From contig CALFYT010000003.1 in the NCBI GenBank assembly GCA_937952415.1, positions 39,322-103,321 of the forward strand: DNA of 64,000 bases, read 5' to 3'. The notes beneath the pieces were generated by a model that made no database searches, was not told the origin of the DNA, and saw nothing but the letters and a program-made list of their open reading frames with translations. Below, piece after piece: positions 19,787-29,517 of the stretch. Made by a program: the position numbers and the translations under genes. Each line of letters opens with the position of its first letter. Position 1 is the stretch's first letter. The stretch comes from an uncultured Planctomycetaceae bacterium. Its GTDB lineage: Bacteria > Planctomycetota > Planctomycetia > Pirellulales > PALSA-1355.

Positions 19787-19955
19787 GGCGCCGCTTTTCG
19801 CCCAGAAAGCTTGATTTTTTGCTTTGTGTCGCGGATCGAACGGGCCTGCAAAAAACCGGGGCGAACCGTTATGATCTAAGCTCGAGTCACGCAAACCACG
19901 TCCGCACTGCTTGCGCGCTGCGTACGTGGTCGGTCGATTGCATCAAGGGGGCAAC

Positions 19956-20807
19956 GTGCAAGGGGCGAGATCGGTTTCGCGGTTTTTCCTTCTGGCCTGC
20001 GCCACGTTCTGCGTGGTTGCCACAACGGTCCGCGCCGACACCGACGAAGTCTTGCAGCGCGCTCACGGCTGGGCCCGATTCGGCGAAGGTTCGTGGCGCC
20101 ACGTGCGGATCATCACCGAGACGTTCGACGAACAGGGCCGGGTGACCCGCAAAAGCGTCGCCGACAATGTGACCACGCTGGAAAACCTTACGCCCGAAGG
20201 AATCACGCTGAAGGTGGAAGTGACGGTCGAGGTTGCCGGCCAGCGTTTCCCCGCCGAGCCGCAATTGGTTCAACAGGGGTTTGCCGGCGAGGTGCCGGGC
20301 CAAACCGTTTCGATAAAACCGCTGGACGACGAAACCTTGACCGTCGATGGTCAAGAGATTCCCTGCGAAGCGCAACAGATTGAGATTCTGGGCGACGGTA
20401 ACAAGGAAGTGATTCAAATCAGCTATTCGCCGCAGACCGATCCGCCCATCTTAAAGCGACACAGCACGACCAGCGATCTGGACAGTGGCGAAACCGTTCA
20501 GGAAACCGTTACTGAAGTCTTCGCGTTGAATCGTCGACTGCGGCTGCTCAAGGAACCGTTCGAGCGGCGCGGGTACCGCTTGCGCCAGGTACTCAAGTCG
20601 GATCGCGGCATGACTACGACTTGGTCGGATCACGTTGTGGAAATCCCGGGCGGGGTTGTCGCCCATTCGTCGCAGAAGTTCGACGCAAACGGTCAACTGG
20701 CCCGGCGGACGACACTTGAGCTGGTGGACTATTCTGCGCGCGACGGCGGAATCCGTTTCCGTGACTTGTCGCGCCGTGAGCGCCGCAAACAACGCCGCGG
20801 CCGGTAA
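19956..20807 (+). CDS. secreted hypothetical protein
   Basis: GTG 19956 has an AAGGGGG SD 5 nt upstream. Signal peptide SVSRFFLLACATFCVVATTVRA. Arg/Lys-rich C-terminal tail. Confidence 0.6.
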   Translation: MQGARSVSRFFLLACATFCVVATTVRADTDEVLQRAHGWARFGEGSWRHVRIITETFDEQGRVTRKSVADNVTTLENLTPEGITLKVEVTVEVAGQRFPAEPQLVQQGFAGEVPGQTVSIKPLDDETLTVDGQEIPCEAQQIEILGDGNKEVIQISYSPQTDPPILKRHSTTSDLDSGETVQETVTEVFALNRRLRLLKEPFERRGYRLRQVLKSDRGMTTTWSDHVVEIPGGVVAHSSQKFDANGQLARRTTLELVDYSARDGGIRFRDLSRRERRKQRRGR

Positions 20808-20933
20808 GGTGACGGTGCGACGCCCTATCGCTACGGCGCCCAGCTTCGGGTGGCGCGGCGACTGACGTGACGCACTTACGGTTGGTTGGCAGCAGGCGCG
20901 ATCCGGGGAATTCGCCGGCACAGCACCTCAACC

Positions 20934-20961
20934 TTGAACGAACGGGAGCGTCATCTATAAT
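20934..20961 (+). promoter_or_regulatory. candidate sigma70 promoter for the J-like-domain gene
   Basis: TTGAAC (20934-20939), a 16-nt spacer, then a perfect TATAAT (20956-20961), about 58 nt upstream of ATG 21019. Confidence 0.5.
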
Positions 20962-21018
20962 AAGACCCCTGGCTTTTGGGGGGTCTCACTCGATCTGGCG
21001 CCGCGAGAAACTCCACCC

Positions 21019-21840
21019 ATGTCCGCCGCGTTCGACGGTTATCACGTTTGGCTGGGCATTCCGCCCGATGAACAGCCGCCCAATCACTATCGGCTGTTAG
21101 GGATCGCTCCGTTCGAAAACGATGCGGACGTGATCGATCACGCAGCCGATCGGCAGATGGCGCATGTCCGTACGTTTCAGGCCGGCAAGAACCGCGCTGT
21201 TTCTCAGCAACTGCTCAACGAGTTGGCGGCGGCACGGGTCTGCCTGCTCAATGCCGAGCGCAAGAAGGCGTATGACAACGACCTTCGCGCCAAGACAGCA
21301 AAACCGGCAAAGGCCGTTCCGGTCGCGGCGCCGGTCGCCAAGGCCACGCCAGTTGCCGTAGCTCCCAAAGCAGCGCCGGTCGCCACGGCCATTCCCAAAG
21401 CCGTTCCGGGCGGTACGTCGGCGCCCGTGAAGACCGGATCGGACGACGATCTGGGGCCACTTATCGAGTCGGAGATTAGTGACATTCCGCCGGTGTCGGC
21501 GGCCGCATCGTTCGATGCCGATAAGGAGTTGAAGAGCGACTTTGGCGACGAACTGGACGACGAGCGGTTTGCAGCCGCGGCAAAAACGGCCGAGTTCAAG
21601 ATCCAACCCAAGCGGCGTCAACGCCGATTCGAGACGATCGTCAAGAACCCGGCGACTGTGGGCATCGTGGCCGGCGTTATTGCGATTTCCTTCTTCCTCT
21701 TGTATTCCCTGGTCGTTCGCCTAGCGTCGTCCGAAGATTTAAGGCAGTTCATTCTGCACGGACCGCAGTCAGCTCCTGACGCGGCTTTGGAACCGGGTAT
21801 CGACGCCACGTCGGCTCCGCCACCGCGCGTGGCGGACTGA
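21019..21840 (+). CDS. degenerate J-domain-like protein with a C-terminal TM anchor
   Basis: The N-terminus YHVWLGIPPDEQPPNHYRLLGI...KKAYDNDLR resembles a DnaJ J-domain but has no HPD tripeptide. A Pro/Ala/Val/Lys-rich linker follows. One TM helix (VGIVAGVIAISFFLLYSLVV). Confidence 0.6.
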   Translation: MSAAFDGYHVWLGIPPDEQPPNHYRLLGIAPFENDADVIDHAADRQMAHVRTFQAGKNRAVSQQLLNELAAARVCLLNAERKKAYDNDLRAKTAKPAKAVPVAAPVAKATPVAVAPKAAPVATAIPKAVPGGTSAPVKTGSDDDLGPLIESEISDIPPVSAAASFDADKELKSDFGDELDDERFAAAAKTAEFKIQPKRRQRRFETIVKNPATVGIVAGVIAISFFLLYSLVVRLASSEDLRQFILHGPQSAPDAALEPGIDATSAPPPRVAD

Positions 21841-22101
21841 GTAGACGGCGCGGCTCGCCTCTGAGCTGCGCTTGGCCGCGGCGCCCCGCTGCGCCGTTCG
21901 CTCAACGCGAACCGGCGGTTGTCAAGCAGCGCGGGCCTTGTGGCGAGTGGCGCTCTCGCCCCATCTAACGGCGGAGCAGCGGCGCGTTGTGCCTGGCGCG
22001 TTTCGATCGCAATGTCACTCCGCGGCCCGTTGCCAATTCGGCCAATGACGGTAATAATGCCCGATTCCCTCTTGACCATCCCACCCCGGAGGCGCCGACC
22101 C

Positions 22102-23577
22102 ATGCGAGAGAAGCTTTCATTCGGCATTACCTTCGACGACGTTTTGTTGCAGCCCGGCTACTCGACCGTCGTGCCCTCGGAGGTCGACGTCAGCACGCAG
22201 CTTACTCGCAACATCGGGTTGAACGTACCGCTAGTCAGCTCACCGATGGACACAGTAACCGAGAGCGAAATGGCCATCGCCCTCGCGCAAGAGGGCGGGC
22301 TGGGCGTGATCCATAAGAACCTCTCGATCGCGCACCAGACCGACGAAGTGGACAAGGTGAAGCGCAGCGCCAACGGCATCATCCCCGACCCGGTGACGTT
22401 GCCGCCCGACGCCACAGTCGCCCGTGCCCGCGACGTCATGGACCAGCACAACGTCTCAGGTGTGCCGATCACGACCGATGGCAGCAAGCTAGCAGGCATC
22501 CTCACGCGCCGCGATCTGCGGTTTCTGGAAGACTCCGAGCTGAAAATCTCCGAGGTGATGACTCGCGAGAACCTTGTAACGGCTACGGGAACCGTAACGC
22601 TTGAGGAAGCTGAGAAGATTTTGATGGCAAATAAGGTCGAGAAACTTTTGCTGGTTGACGACAAATATACGCTGACCGGCCTCATCACCATCAAAGACAT
22701 CGACATGATGAAACGGTTCCCCAATGCCTGCAAAGATGGGCAGGGGAGGCTGAGAGTGGGTGCCGCCATCGGAGTTCACGACTACGAGCGGGCCGAAAGC
22801 TTGCTAGCAAAGGAAGTCGACGTGTTGGTGGTCGACAGCGCCCACGGGCACTCGGCCAATGTGGTCGAAACGGTCAAGAAAATCAAAAAACGTTGGGACA
22901 TTGACGTGGTTGCCGGAAACATCGCCACCGCCGAAGGCTGTCGAGACCTCGTGAACGCGGGTGCTGACGCCGTGAAGGTCGGCATCGGGCCAGGATCGAT
23001 CTGCACCACGCGTGTGATCTCGGGCGTCGGCGTTCCGCAGATTACGGCGATCTACGAGGCCGCCGGGGTGGCCAAGGACGCCGGAGTCTCAATCGTAGCC
23101 GACGGCGGAGTCCGCTATTCGGGCGACGTGACGAAGGCGCTGGCTGCTGGGGCCCACTCGGTGATGATTGGCGGGCTGTTTGCCGGTTTAGCCGAGAGCC
23201 CAGGCGAAACGATCCTCTACCAGGGTCGCAGTTTCAAGGTGTATCGAGGAATGGGCTCGCTGGGGGCCATGATGGTCGGATCAAGCGAGCGATATCGGCA
23301 ACGGGGCGCGGAACGGTCGCCCGGCAAACTGGTGCCCGAAGGCGTCGAGGGCCGGGTGCCCTTCAAGGGTCCGCTTAGCGCGTTCGTCTATCAAATCGTC
23401 GGCGGATTGAGGGCCGGCATGGGCTATTGCGGCACACAAACGATCGAGGAGTTGCGCACCAAAACGCGTTTCATCCAAATCTCCGCGGCAGGAGTACGGG
23501 AGAGTCATCCACATGACATCGCCATCACGCAGGAAGCGACCAATTACAGCAGCGAACCCAGTCCGGGCGAATACTAG
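22102..23577 (+). CDS. guaB: IMP dehydrogenase
   Basis: ATG 22102 ([21 protein letters not shown]). CBS pair, catalytic loop [11 protein letters not shown], 491 aa. Confidence 0.95.
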   Translation: MREKLSFGITFDDVLLQPGYSTVVPSEVDVSTQLTRNIGLNVPLVSSPMDTVTESEMAIALAQEGGLGVIHKNLSIAHQTDEVDKVKRSANGIIPDPVTLPPDATVARARDVMDQHNVSGVPITTDGSKLAGILTRRDLRFLEDSELKISEVMTRENLVTATGTVTLEEAEKILMANKVEKLLLVDDKYTLTGLITIKDIDMMKRFPNACKDGQGRLRVGAAIGVHDYERAESLLAKEVDVLVVDSAHGHSANVVETVKKIKKRWDIDVVAGNIATAEGCRDLVNAGADAVKVGIGPGSICTTRVISGVGVPQITAIYEAAGVAKDAGVSIVADGGVRYSGDVTKALAAGAHSVMIGGLFAGLAESPGETILYQGRSFKVYRGMGSLGAMMVGSSERYRQRGAERSPGKLVPEGVEGRVPFKGPLSAFVYQIVGGLRAGMGYCGTQTIEELRTKTRFIQISAAGVRESHPHDIAITQEATNYSSEPSPGEY

Positions 23578-23653
23578 CCCAACGATCGGCGGCCCGCCAA
23601 CGACGCGGCGCTGCGGTTATCGCCCGGTCATCGTGCAACGGGCCGCATCGCGG

Positions 23654-24718
23654 ATGCCGATTGCCGCCATGCTCGCGGCAATCGTCGGCATACTGTGCAT
23701 CACGCCGGTCTTGGCTGGACCAATCACGCCAGGCGCTAGCGGCAAAGCCCGGCTGCGATGGCAAACAAACCGAACGGTGGCAAATCGCGCCGTCGTGGCC
23801 GCCAAGGGAACTAGCGCGGCAACCGGAACCTCGGCTGCCGAAGCCGATCGCCCGCAACGGGCTGTGTGGCATGCCCGCGGTAGCCGACCGGTCGCTCGTC
23901 CGCAAGCAGCAGCGCACAGATCCGATCGCGGCGTAGTACAAGCCAGCGCGGACAAGTCGGACCCGTTCCAAGATCCATTCGAAGATGATCCGATTCCAGA
24001 CAGCTTCGGCAACGACTCGACGACCCGAACCAGCCAGCCGACGTCGCCAGACAGCGACGTTCCGTCGGCCGCCGACGAGCCATTGACACTACCGGAAGAC
24101 ATTCGACGGTACTCGGAAGATGCTCCGCCCGATCCGTTGGACGAAACGCTGCCGGAAAATCAATCGGTTGTCGAGGGCTTGGCGCCGCCGCTTGACAGTT
24201 CGTGTGCCGACTACAAGAAGGATTGTGACGAGGCGATCCAAAAGTTGCGCGATCGGGACATTACGAAGATCGTATTCGGCATTGTCATTGAGGGCGAGGA
24301 CGGCAAGCCGCCCGTCGAGGGAGCCGATTATCCGTGCGAATGCGTGCTCGGCGAGAATGCCCGATTCTTGGGACGCAACTGGTCGCCGACCACGTTCACC
24401 TGGACGGCAACGGGCACGTGCTTCAAACCGCTCTACTTCCAGGACGTCCAACTGGAACGCTACGGTCACTCGTGGAACCCGGTGGTCCAGCCGTTCATGT
24501 CGGCGGCCCACTTCTTCGTCTCGGTGCCGCTATTGCCCTACAAGATGGGACTTCGCACGCCGAACGAGTGCGTCTACACCCTGGGGTATTACCGACCAGG
24601 CAGTTGCGCTCCGTACATGATCGAGCCGATCCCGTTCACGCTGCGAGCGGCCGCGTATCAGGCCATCGGCACGACGGCCTTTGCGTTCTGGTTCTGGCCG
24701 CCACCGAGCGGACCGTGA
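23654..24718 (+). CDS. secreted hypothetical protein with a Cys/aromatic-rich C-terminal domain
   Basis: ATG 23654 gives signal peptide MPIAAMLAAIVGILCITPVLAG. A disordered acidic middle is followed by a C-terminal domain (FKPLYFQDVQLERYGHSW...YYRPGSCAPY). A strong terminator follows. Confidence 0.6.
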   Translation: MPIAAMLAAIVGILCITPVLAGPITPGASGKARLRWQTNRTVANRAVVAAKGTSAATGTSAAEADRPQRAVWHARGSRPVARPQAAAHRSDRGVVQASADKSDPFQDPFEDDPIPDSFGNDSTTRTSQPTSPDSDVPSAADEPLTLPEDIRRYSEDAPPDPLDETLPENQSVVEGLAPPLDSSCADYKKDCDEAIQKLRDRDITKIVFGIVIEGEDGKPPVEGADYPCECVLGENARFLGRNWSPTTFTWTATGTCFKPLYFQDVQLERYGHSWNPVVQPFMSAAHFFVSVPLLPYKMGLRTPNECVYTLGYYRPGSCAPYMIEPIPFTLRAAAYQAIGTTAFAFWFWPPPSGP

Positions 24719-24756
24719 TCGGTGACGCCACCTTTCCGTAGAGTCGAAATCTCGCG

Positions 24757-24790
24757 CCGCCGGATCGAATCGATCCGGCGGTTTTCTTTT
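24757..24790 (+). terminator. rho-independent terminator
   Basis: Stem CCGCCGGATCG / CGATCCGGCGG (24757-24767 / 24771-24781) followed by TTTTCTTTT. Confidence 0.85.
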
Positions 24791-24901
24791 GGTCATGCAC
24801 CGGCATCGCCGTATGATTAAACGTGATCTCGGCTACTCGAGCGCGGTAAAGACCAGGCCAATGCAACCCGAAATCGGGCCGGGCAACCGGCCGGCGTGGC
24901 G

Positions 24902-25573
24902 ATGAACATCGCGACAATCACACGCGAACAAGCCCACACACTGGACCGCCGGGCTGTCGAAGACTATGGCATGACCGGCGCCATGCTAATGGAAAACGCC
25001 GGCCGTGGCGTCGCCGATCGGCTCTGCGCGGCAAATCTCGACGGACCGGTGGTCATCTGCTGCGGCGCGGGCAATAACGGGGGAGACGGATTCGTCGTCG
25101 CGCGGCATCTGGACCTGCGGGGGAGGGCGGTGCGCGTGTTGCTCCTAGCTGATCCCGCTCGACTGTCCGGCGATGCGGAGCTCAACTACCGCGTGCTCGA
25201 AAAGACCGACGTGCCGATCGAGCACATTGAACCGGCGACACTGGATCAATCCCTATCCGGCGCCGGTTGCGTGGTCGACGCACTGCTGGGCACAGGAGCG
25301 CGTGGCGAGCCACGTCCGCCGCTGGACGAGGTTATCGACCGCATCAACGCCCAATCTGCGCCGGTTTGGGCGATCGACGTGCCCAGTGGACTGGATTGCG
25401 AAACAGGCCACGCGGCGCGTCACACGATTCGCGCAGCCCATACGTGTACGTTTGTCGCGGCCAAGCCGGGCTTTTCGGTGCCCGGTGCCCGCGCGTTTAC
25501 CGGCGAAGTCCAAGTCTTGGATATCGGCGCGCCGCGCAAGCTGGTCGAGGAGGTGCTGGGCGGCAGCCGTTAA
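24902..25573 (+). CDS. nnrE: NAD(P)H-hydrate epimerase (YjeF N-terminal domain only)
   Basis: GAGNNGGDGFVVARHL motif. About 223 aa with no fused dehydratase domain. GTG 24896 is a possible start two codons upstream. Confidence 0.85.
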   Translation: MNIATITREQAHTLDRRAVEDYGMTGAMLMENAGRGVADRLCAANLDGPVVICCGAGNNGGDGFVVARHLDLRGRAVRVLLLADPARLSGDAELNYRVLEKTDVPIEHIEPATLDQSLSGAGCVVDALLGTGARGEPRPPLDEVIDRINAQSAPVWAIDVPSGLDCETGHAARHTIRAAHTCTFVAAKPGFSVPGARAFTGEVQVLDIGAPRKLVEEVLGGSR

Positions 25574-25659
25574 TCGGTACGGCAACTCGGGCCCGCCGGT
25601 GCATATTGCGGGGCACCTGCGATGTGGTCGCCAGGTACCGTGTCTCTCCCCGCTGGCGA

Positions 25660-26607
25660 TCATTCGGACGGCGGTGGCTCGTACTCGAAGTCTTTCCACT
25701 TCATGGGCCGGCGGAACGGCTCGATCCGCAGCGTCACTTCGCCGTTTTGGAAGATGCGCACCGTGCCGTTCGATTCACTGACGGCTACGGCCACCGCTTT
25801 GGTCTTGCGGCTGATCGCCGCGGCGGCCCAATGGCGGGCGCCCAGCCCCTTGGCCAGCGTGATGTTGTCGGCCGGTGCATCGATATAGCGGGCAGACGCC
25901 TCGACAACGCCGTCCGGCGATACGATCAGCGCCCCGTCAAGTTGAGCGATTTCCTTGATGCCTTCCCGCACGCGTGGATCGTCCAGGTTGCGCTCCTTGC
26001 GCTGGTATCCGCGAACCGGATCGAATCCGACCGGGTGGCTGCTGGCCATCACCTTTTTGGAGTCGCCCACGACGAACAGGGCGCCGACCGGCTTACCCTC
26101 GCGTCCTTCGCGACCGATTTCGACCGCCATGTCGACGACCGTTTGCAACGTGTCCAGGGGAATACTGGTTTCGAGCTGGCGCAGGTCGCGGGCAGTCAAC
26201 TGCCCGAGATGTTCGCCCAGGTGCACGAGGCTGACCGAATCGATCGCTCCGGCCTCGAAGGCGCTGTACATCGCGACGACCTGAGCACCAGCGGCCAGGA
26301 TATCGTCGGCCACGCTTTCCAGCAGTGCCTGGGTCAGCTTTTCGTGGACCGACGCGTCGGGATTGTTCAGCAGCACGGTGGGCACGCCAGCGTCGGTAGC
26401 CCCTTCGATTTGCGTGACGAAATCGGCAGCGACGACGATCTTTTGTTCGCCGGCAACCTCCTTAAGTCGTTCCCAGTCGGTCGGACCGTCCAGCAATAGC
26501 AGCAGCGCGTCCGCGTTGCGCGCCGCGGAAAGCGCGGCCGCGGCCTCGAAAATGCTCAGAAGCTGGTCGGTGAAGCGGTATGTGGTCACGCGCGACAAAG
26601 AGCGCAA
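25660..26607 (-). CDS. DisA_N / diadenylate-cyclase (DAC) domain protein with an uncharacterised N-terminal domain
   Basis: The C-terminal half carries DAC signatures: GALFVVGD, LDGALIV (DGA), GLGARHWAAAAIS (RHR-like) and AVAVSESNGTVRIF. The start (TTG 26607) is uncertain. Confidence 0.7.
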   Translation of the reverse strand: MRSLSRVTTYRFTDQLLSIFEAAAALSAARNADALLLLLDGPTDWERLKEVAGEQKIVVAADFVTQIEGATDAGVPTVLLNNPDASVHEKLTQALLESVADDILAAGAQVVAMYSAFEAGAIDSVSLVHLGEHLGQLTARDLRQLETSIPLDTLQTVVDMAVEIGREGREGKPVGALFVVGDSKKVMASSHPVGFDPVRGYQRKERNLDDPRVREGIKEIAQLDGALIVSPDGVVEASARYIDAPADNITLAKGLGARHWAAAAISRKTKAVAVAVSESNGTVRIFQNGEVTLRIEPFRRPMKWKDFEYEPPPSE

Positions 26608-26833
26608 GGAATGCGGACGAACTCCAACGGATGAACACCACGCCCGTTGGACGAAGGACCTTCATCGTATGCGTTTTTTCCTGCGTTGGCAACGCCAGCG
26701 CGGTGGCGCGCCAGGTTGGAGCCGGGTGCGCGCCGCAGGCGCGGCAAGAGGTACGGATCGCTTGCGGCACGATGCGAATGGCGTAGCGCCAGATCGGGCG
26801 GCGGTGCGCCGCCAAAGCGACAAGGTCGGCGCG

Positions 26834-28303
26834 CTATCGTGTCGACTCGACGTCCCGCCGCGCTTCGATCGCTGCATCCGAATCGCCATCCGCCTCGACG
26901 ATCGTCTGCGACGCGGGTGGATCGTGCGGCTTGAAAACGCGCTCGTCGTAGATCACCAGCCCGTGCAGCGCGTGTCCCAGAGGCCCGATCTCCCACGTGC
27001 GCCGATTGTGCTTCGCCAACAAGCTCGCCACGTAGTCGACCGCCTGGACCATCTTGGGCTGGCGCAGCGTCTCGTCGGGCACCGAGAACGCCATCCATTC
27101 GAGGATGTGGCCGCTGGTCTTGATACGGCGGTCAATGTCGGGATTGGCACCTTTGCGCTCGAACCATTCGGTGCTGAAGCTGCCGTCGCGGTTCTGGAGG
27201 CCGAATGTGTAGCGGTGATAATCGTCCATGAAGATCTGGGCCCGACGGAATTCGCCGGATACCGGCTCACCCCGCTTGATCCGCTTGTTGACGGCATAGC
27301 TGAATCCCATCAGGCGGTGCGTTCCGCCACAAGCGGCACCGCGGATGGGTTGGGCCAACTCTTCTCGAATCAAACGCTGGATCGACCACGGTTGGCCATC
27401 GCGGCTGGTCCACGTCGCGTCGGAATCGAGGTAGTGCATCAGGGCAATGAGCTTGAACGTAAGCTCTTCGCCGGCGAAGCAGTTCTGCTTCTCGAATTCG
27501 ATCAAGTCGGCGATCGTGAAATCCTTGCCGCCGACGTACATCGGATAGTCAGGCTTCAGTCGCGATTGGGCCAGGATCGCCAAAAACTGCCCATGATGAC
27601 CTTGCACGCCGACTCCGCGGCGGGCCTCGAGTTTGCCGTTGTGCTGCAACAGCATCCGATAGCCGGCACACGGATAGTTGTAACATAGCCAGCCCATCGC
27701 GTTGACTTTCTCACCGCCTGGACCGTTCTTGAATATCTGCGTGTCCACGCCGTAGGCCACAATCGCGTGCATGATCTCCCAGGCATTGTTGTCACGGGCG
27801 TTTTGATGCCGCGGGTAGTACGCTCCCAGCACCCCGCGAATCTTTTCGCGCAACGCCTCGAGCTCCGGCGTCAATTCCACTGGGGTCGGACTCGTGGCTG
27901 ATCCATCCTCAGCCGCATCGTCCGCAAGCTGGTCATTGTCGTCGTCTTCAGCCGCTTGTTCGGCTTCGTCGTCGTCCGGCGCCGAAGCAGCCACGGCCAA
28001 ACGCGCGGCAGTCAGTTCCGAACTGGCACGCGGCACGGTCACCGGCGCGTTCGACGGCGCATCGGGCGCCAACAGCTCGAGCGTTAGATCCGCGTCGGCG
28101 GAAATCTGCCCGTCTTCATCCCCAGGCGTCAAGTCGCTCACGGTGGTGCCAGTCGGCGAGGCCGGTCGCGTCGCCACAGGATACGCGGGCTGAAGGAAGA
28201 GCTGCGCGCTCGTCGTACGACCTTGCAGGCAAATCGCGGCCGCCGCGGCCAGTACCAGAAACCAGGTGGACGAACATTCGATGCGGGAGTGGCGCCGGCT
28301 CAT
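26834..28303 (-). CDS. secreted hypothetical protein
   Basis: Signal peptide WFLVLAAAAAICLQGRTTSA. An Asp/Glu/Ala-rich linker is followed by a globular domain of about 330 aa (GWLCYNYPCAGY, AACGGTHRLMGFSY). The second ATG (28303) has better SD spacing than 28309. Confidence 0.6.
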   Translation of the reverse strand: MSRRHSRIECSSTWFLVLAAAAAICLQGRTTSAQLFLQPAYPVATRPASPTGTTVSDLTPGDEDGQISADADLTLELLAPDAPSNAPVTVPRASSELTAARLAVAASAPDDDEAEQAAEDDDNDQLADDAAEDGSATSPTPVELTPELEALREKIRGVLGAYYPRHQNARDNNAWEIMHAIVAYGVDTQIFKNGPGGEKVNAMGWLCYNYPCAGYRMLLQHNGKLEARRGVGVQGHHGQFLAILAQSRLKPDYPMYVGGKDFTIADLIEFEKQNCFAGEELTFKLIALMHYLDSDATWTSRDGQPWSIQRLIREELAQPIRGAACGGTHRLMGFSYAVNKRIKRGEPVSGEFRRAQIFMDDYHRYTFGLQNRDGSFSTEWFERKGANPDIDRRIKTSGHILEWMAFSVPDETLRQPKMVQAVDYVASLLAKHNRRTWEIGPLGHALHGLVIYDERVFKPHDPPASQTIVEADGDSDAAIEARRDVESTR

Positions 28304-28618
28304 TAACATCCTCGATCGGTGGGAAGGAAACAGTCTCTATCGTAGCGGGGATTACGGCGGGAGAGAGTCTGACGATTGCGAAGGCTGCAACGCACGGATC
28401 GGCAGCGGTGCCAGCAGTCCAGCCGAGTATTGATATCGGACTGAATCGGCGTGCCCATTTACGGGTTTGCGGCGATTTCAAGCCGCGCCGAAGTGGGTCC
28501 ACGAAGGCCTGACGAAAAACGCGGCTATGCCGCGCCGGTTGAGAAGATGATACCGGGTAGGCAGGTGCGCTGCCGCCGAGAAGTCCGCGCCCAGCCGGCA
28601 ATCGTCGCGCGCCGAGTG

Positions 28619-29326
28619 CTAGAAGATGGCCCGCCGCATCCGCTCGGCGAAGCTCACCTCCGCGGCGGAGGATTCGCCCGTTTTTGCGTATTCGCGCCAG
28701 GCCTGAACGTTGCCGCCGTAGTCGCGGCCGCTGACCTTTCGCAGCGATTCCTGCGCGCGATACTGAATAGCCGGGTCGGGATCGGTCAACAAGTCGGCCA
28801 GGGGTGCCACGGCCGATTTGTCGCGCGTCTCACCCAGGGCACGAACAGCGGCGATTCGCACGTCGACGCTCGTATCCGCACCGACAACGTGCGACAGTGC
28901 CTGAGCGGCCTCCGGACCGCCGTGGTTGCCCAATGAAAGACACGCGGCCCGGCGCACTTCCATGTCGCCGTCCTGCAATCCGGCTTGCATGATCGACATC
29001 GACATCGGCGTGCGAAACTGAGCTAGCGTGCGCAACAAGTGGCGCCGCATCACGGGGTCTTCTTCGTCGCGGATTTCGGCGGCCAGTTCCGCCGTGATCC
29101 GCGTCTGTTCCTCGGGTGACTTTTCGTGCGCCCTGGCAGCCAATTCTCGAAGCTCGTTGGCGCGGTCCTCAGGCGTTTTGATGTCGAGCGCTTCTTCGGC
29201 CGACTTTTTGCCGGCCATCTTGCCCAACAGACCGCCGGCCGATTCGGCTGTTGCCGCGCAGCCGACCAGCGATGTGGCCAATAAGCAATACGCCAGCGCC
29301 GTCAGGCAGTGATTCGTGCCCCGCAT
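28619..29326 (-). CDS. HEAT-repeat lipoprotein
   Basis: ATG 29326. Lipobox SLVGC. Repeated HEAT-like units (DPVMRRHLLRTLAQF, DMEVRRAACLSLGNHG, DVRIAAVRALGET, DPAIQYRAQESL). Confidence 0.7.
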   Translation of the reverse strand: MRGTNHCLTALAYCLLATSLVGCAATAESAGGLLGKMAGKKSAEEALDIKTPEDRANELRELAARAHEKSPEEQTRITAELAAEIRDEEDPVMRRHLLRTLAQFRTPMSMSIMQAGLQDGDMEVRRAACLSLGNHGGPEAAQALSHVVGADTSVDVRIAAVRALGETRDKSAVAPLADLLTDPDPAIQYRAQESLRKVSGRDYGGNVQAWREYAKTGESSAAEVSFAERMRRAIF

Positions 29327-29517
29327 GAAATGCCCGCTGATTGCATGAAACGGTGAAACCCGTCGGAAATGTGGCCCAGCTTTTAGCAAAACGGCCGGGG
29401 GCTTTCCAGATGGATCGAGGCCGGAAAGTGATCGCCTGCCGTATCAACCGCCGAAGCTAGGGAACTGCGGTGCCGCGCGCCCTGTGCGATGTTTGCAAGA
29501 CTACCTAGACTAACACC

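Noticed and set aside
19787-19830. Weak hairpin GGGCG-CCGCTTTT-CGCCC followed at a distance by GATTTTTTGC after lspA.
   Set aside because: The stem is only 5 bp and the T-run is 12 nt away. This is not convincing as an intrinsic terminator.
20963-20986. Hairpin AGACCCC...GGGGTCT, considered as a terminator of the 19956-20807 gene.
   Set aside because: No U-tract follows, and it lies 155 nt past the stop, directly after a strong -10. It is more likely promoter-proximal (see finding).
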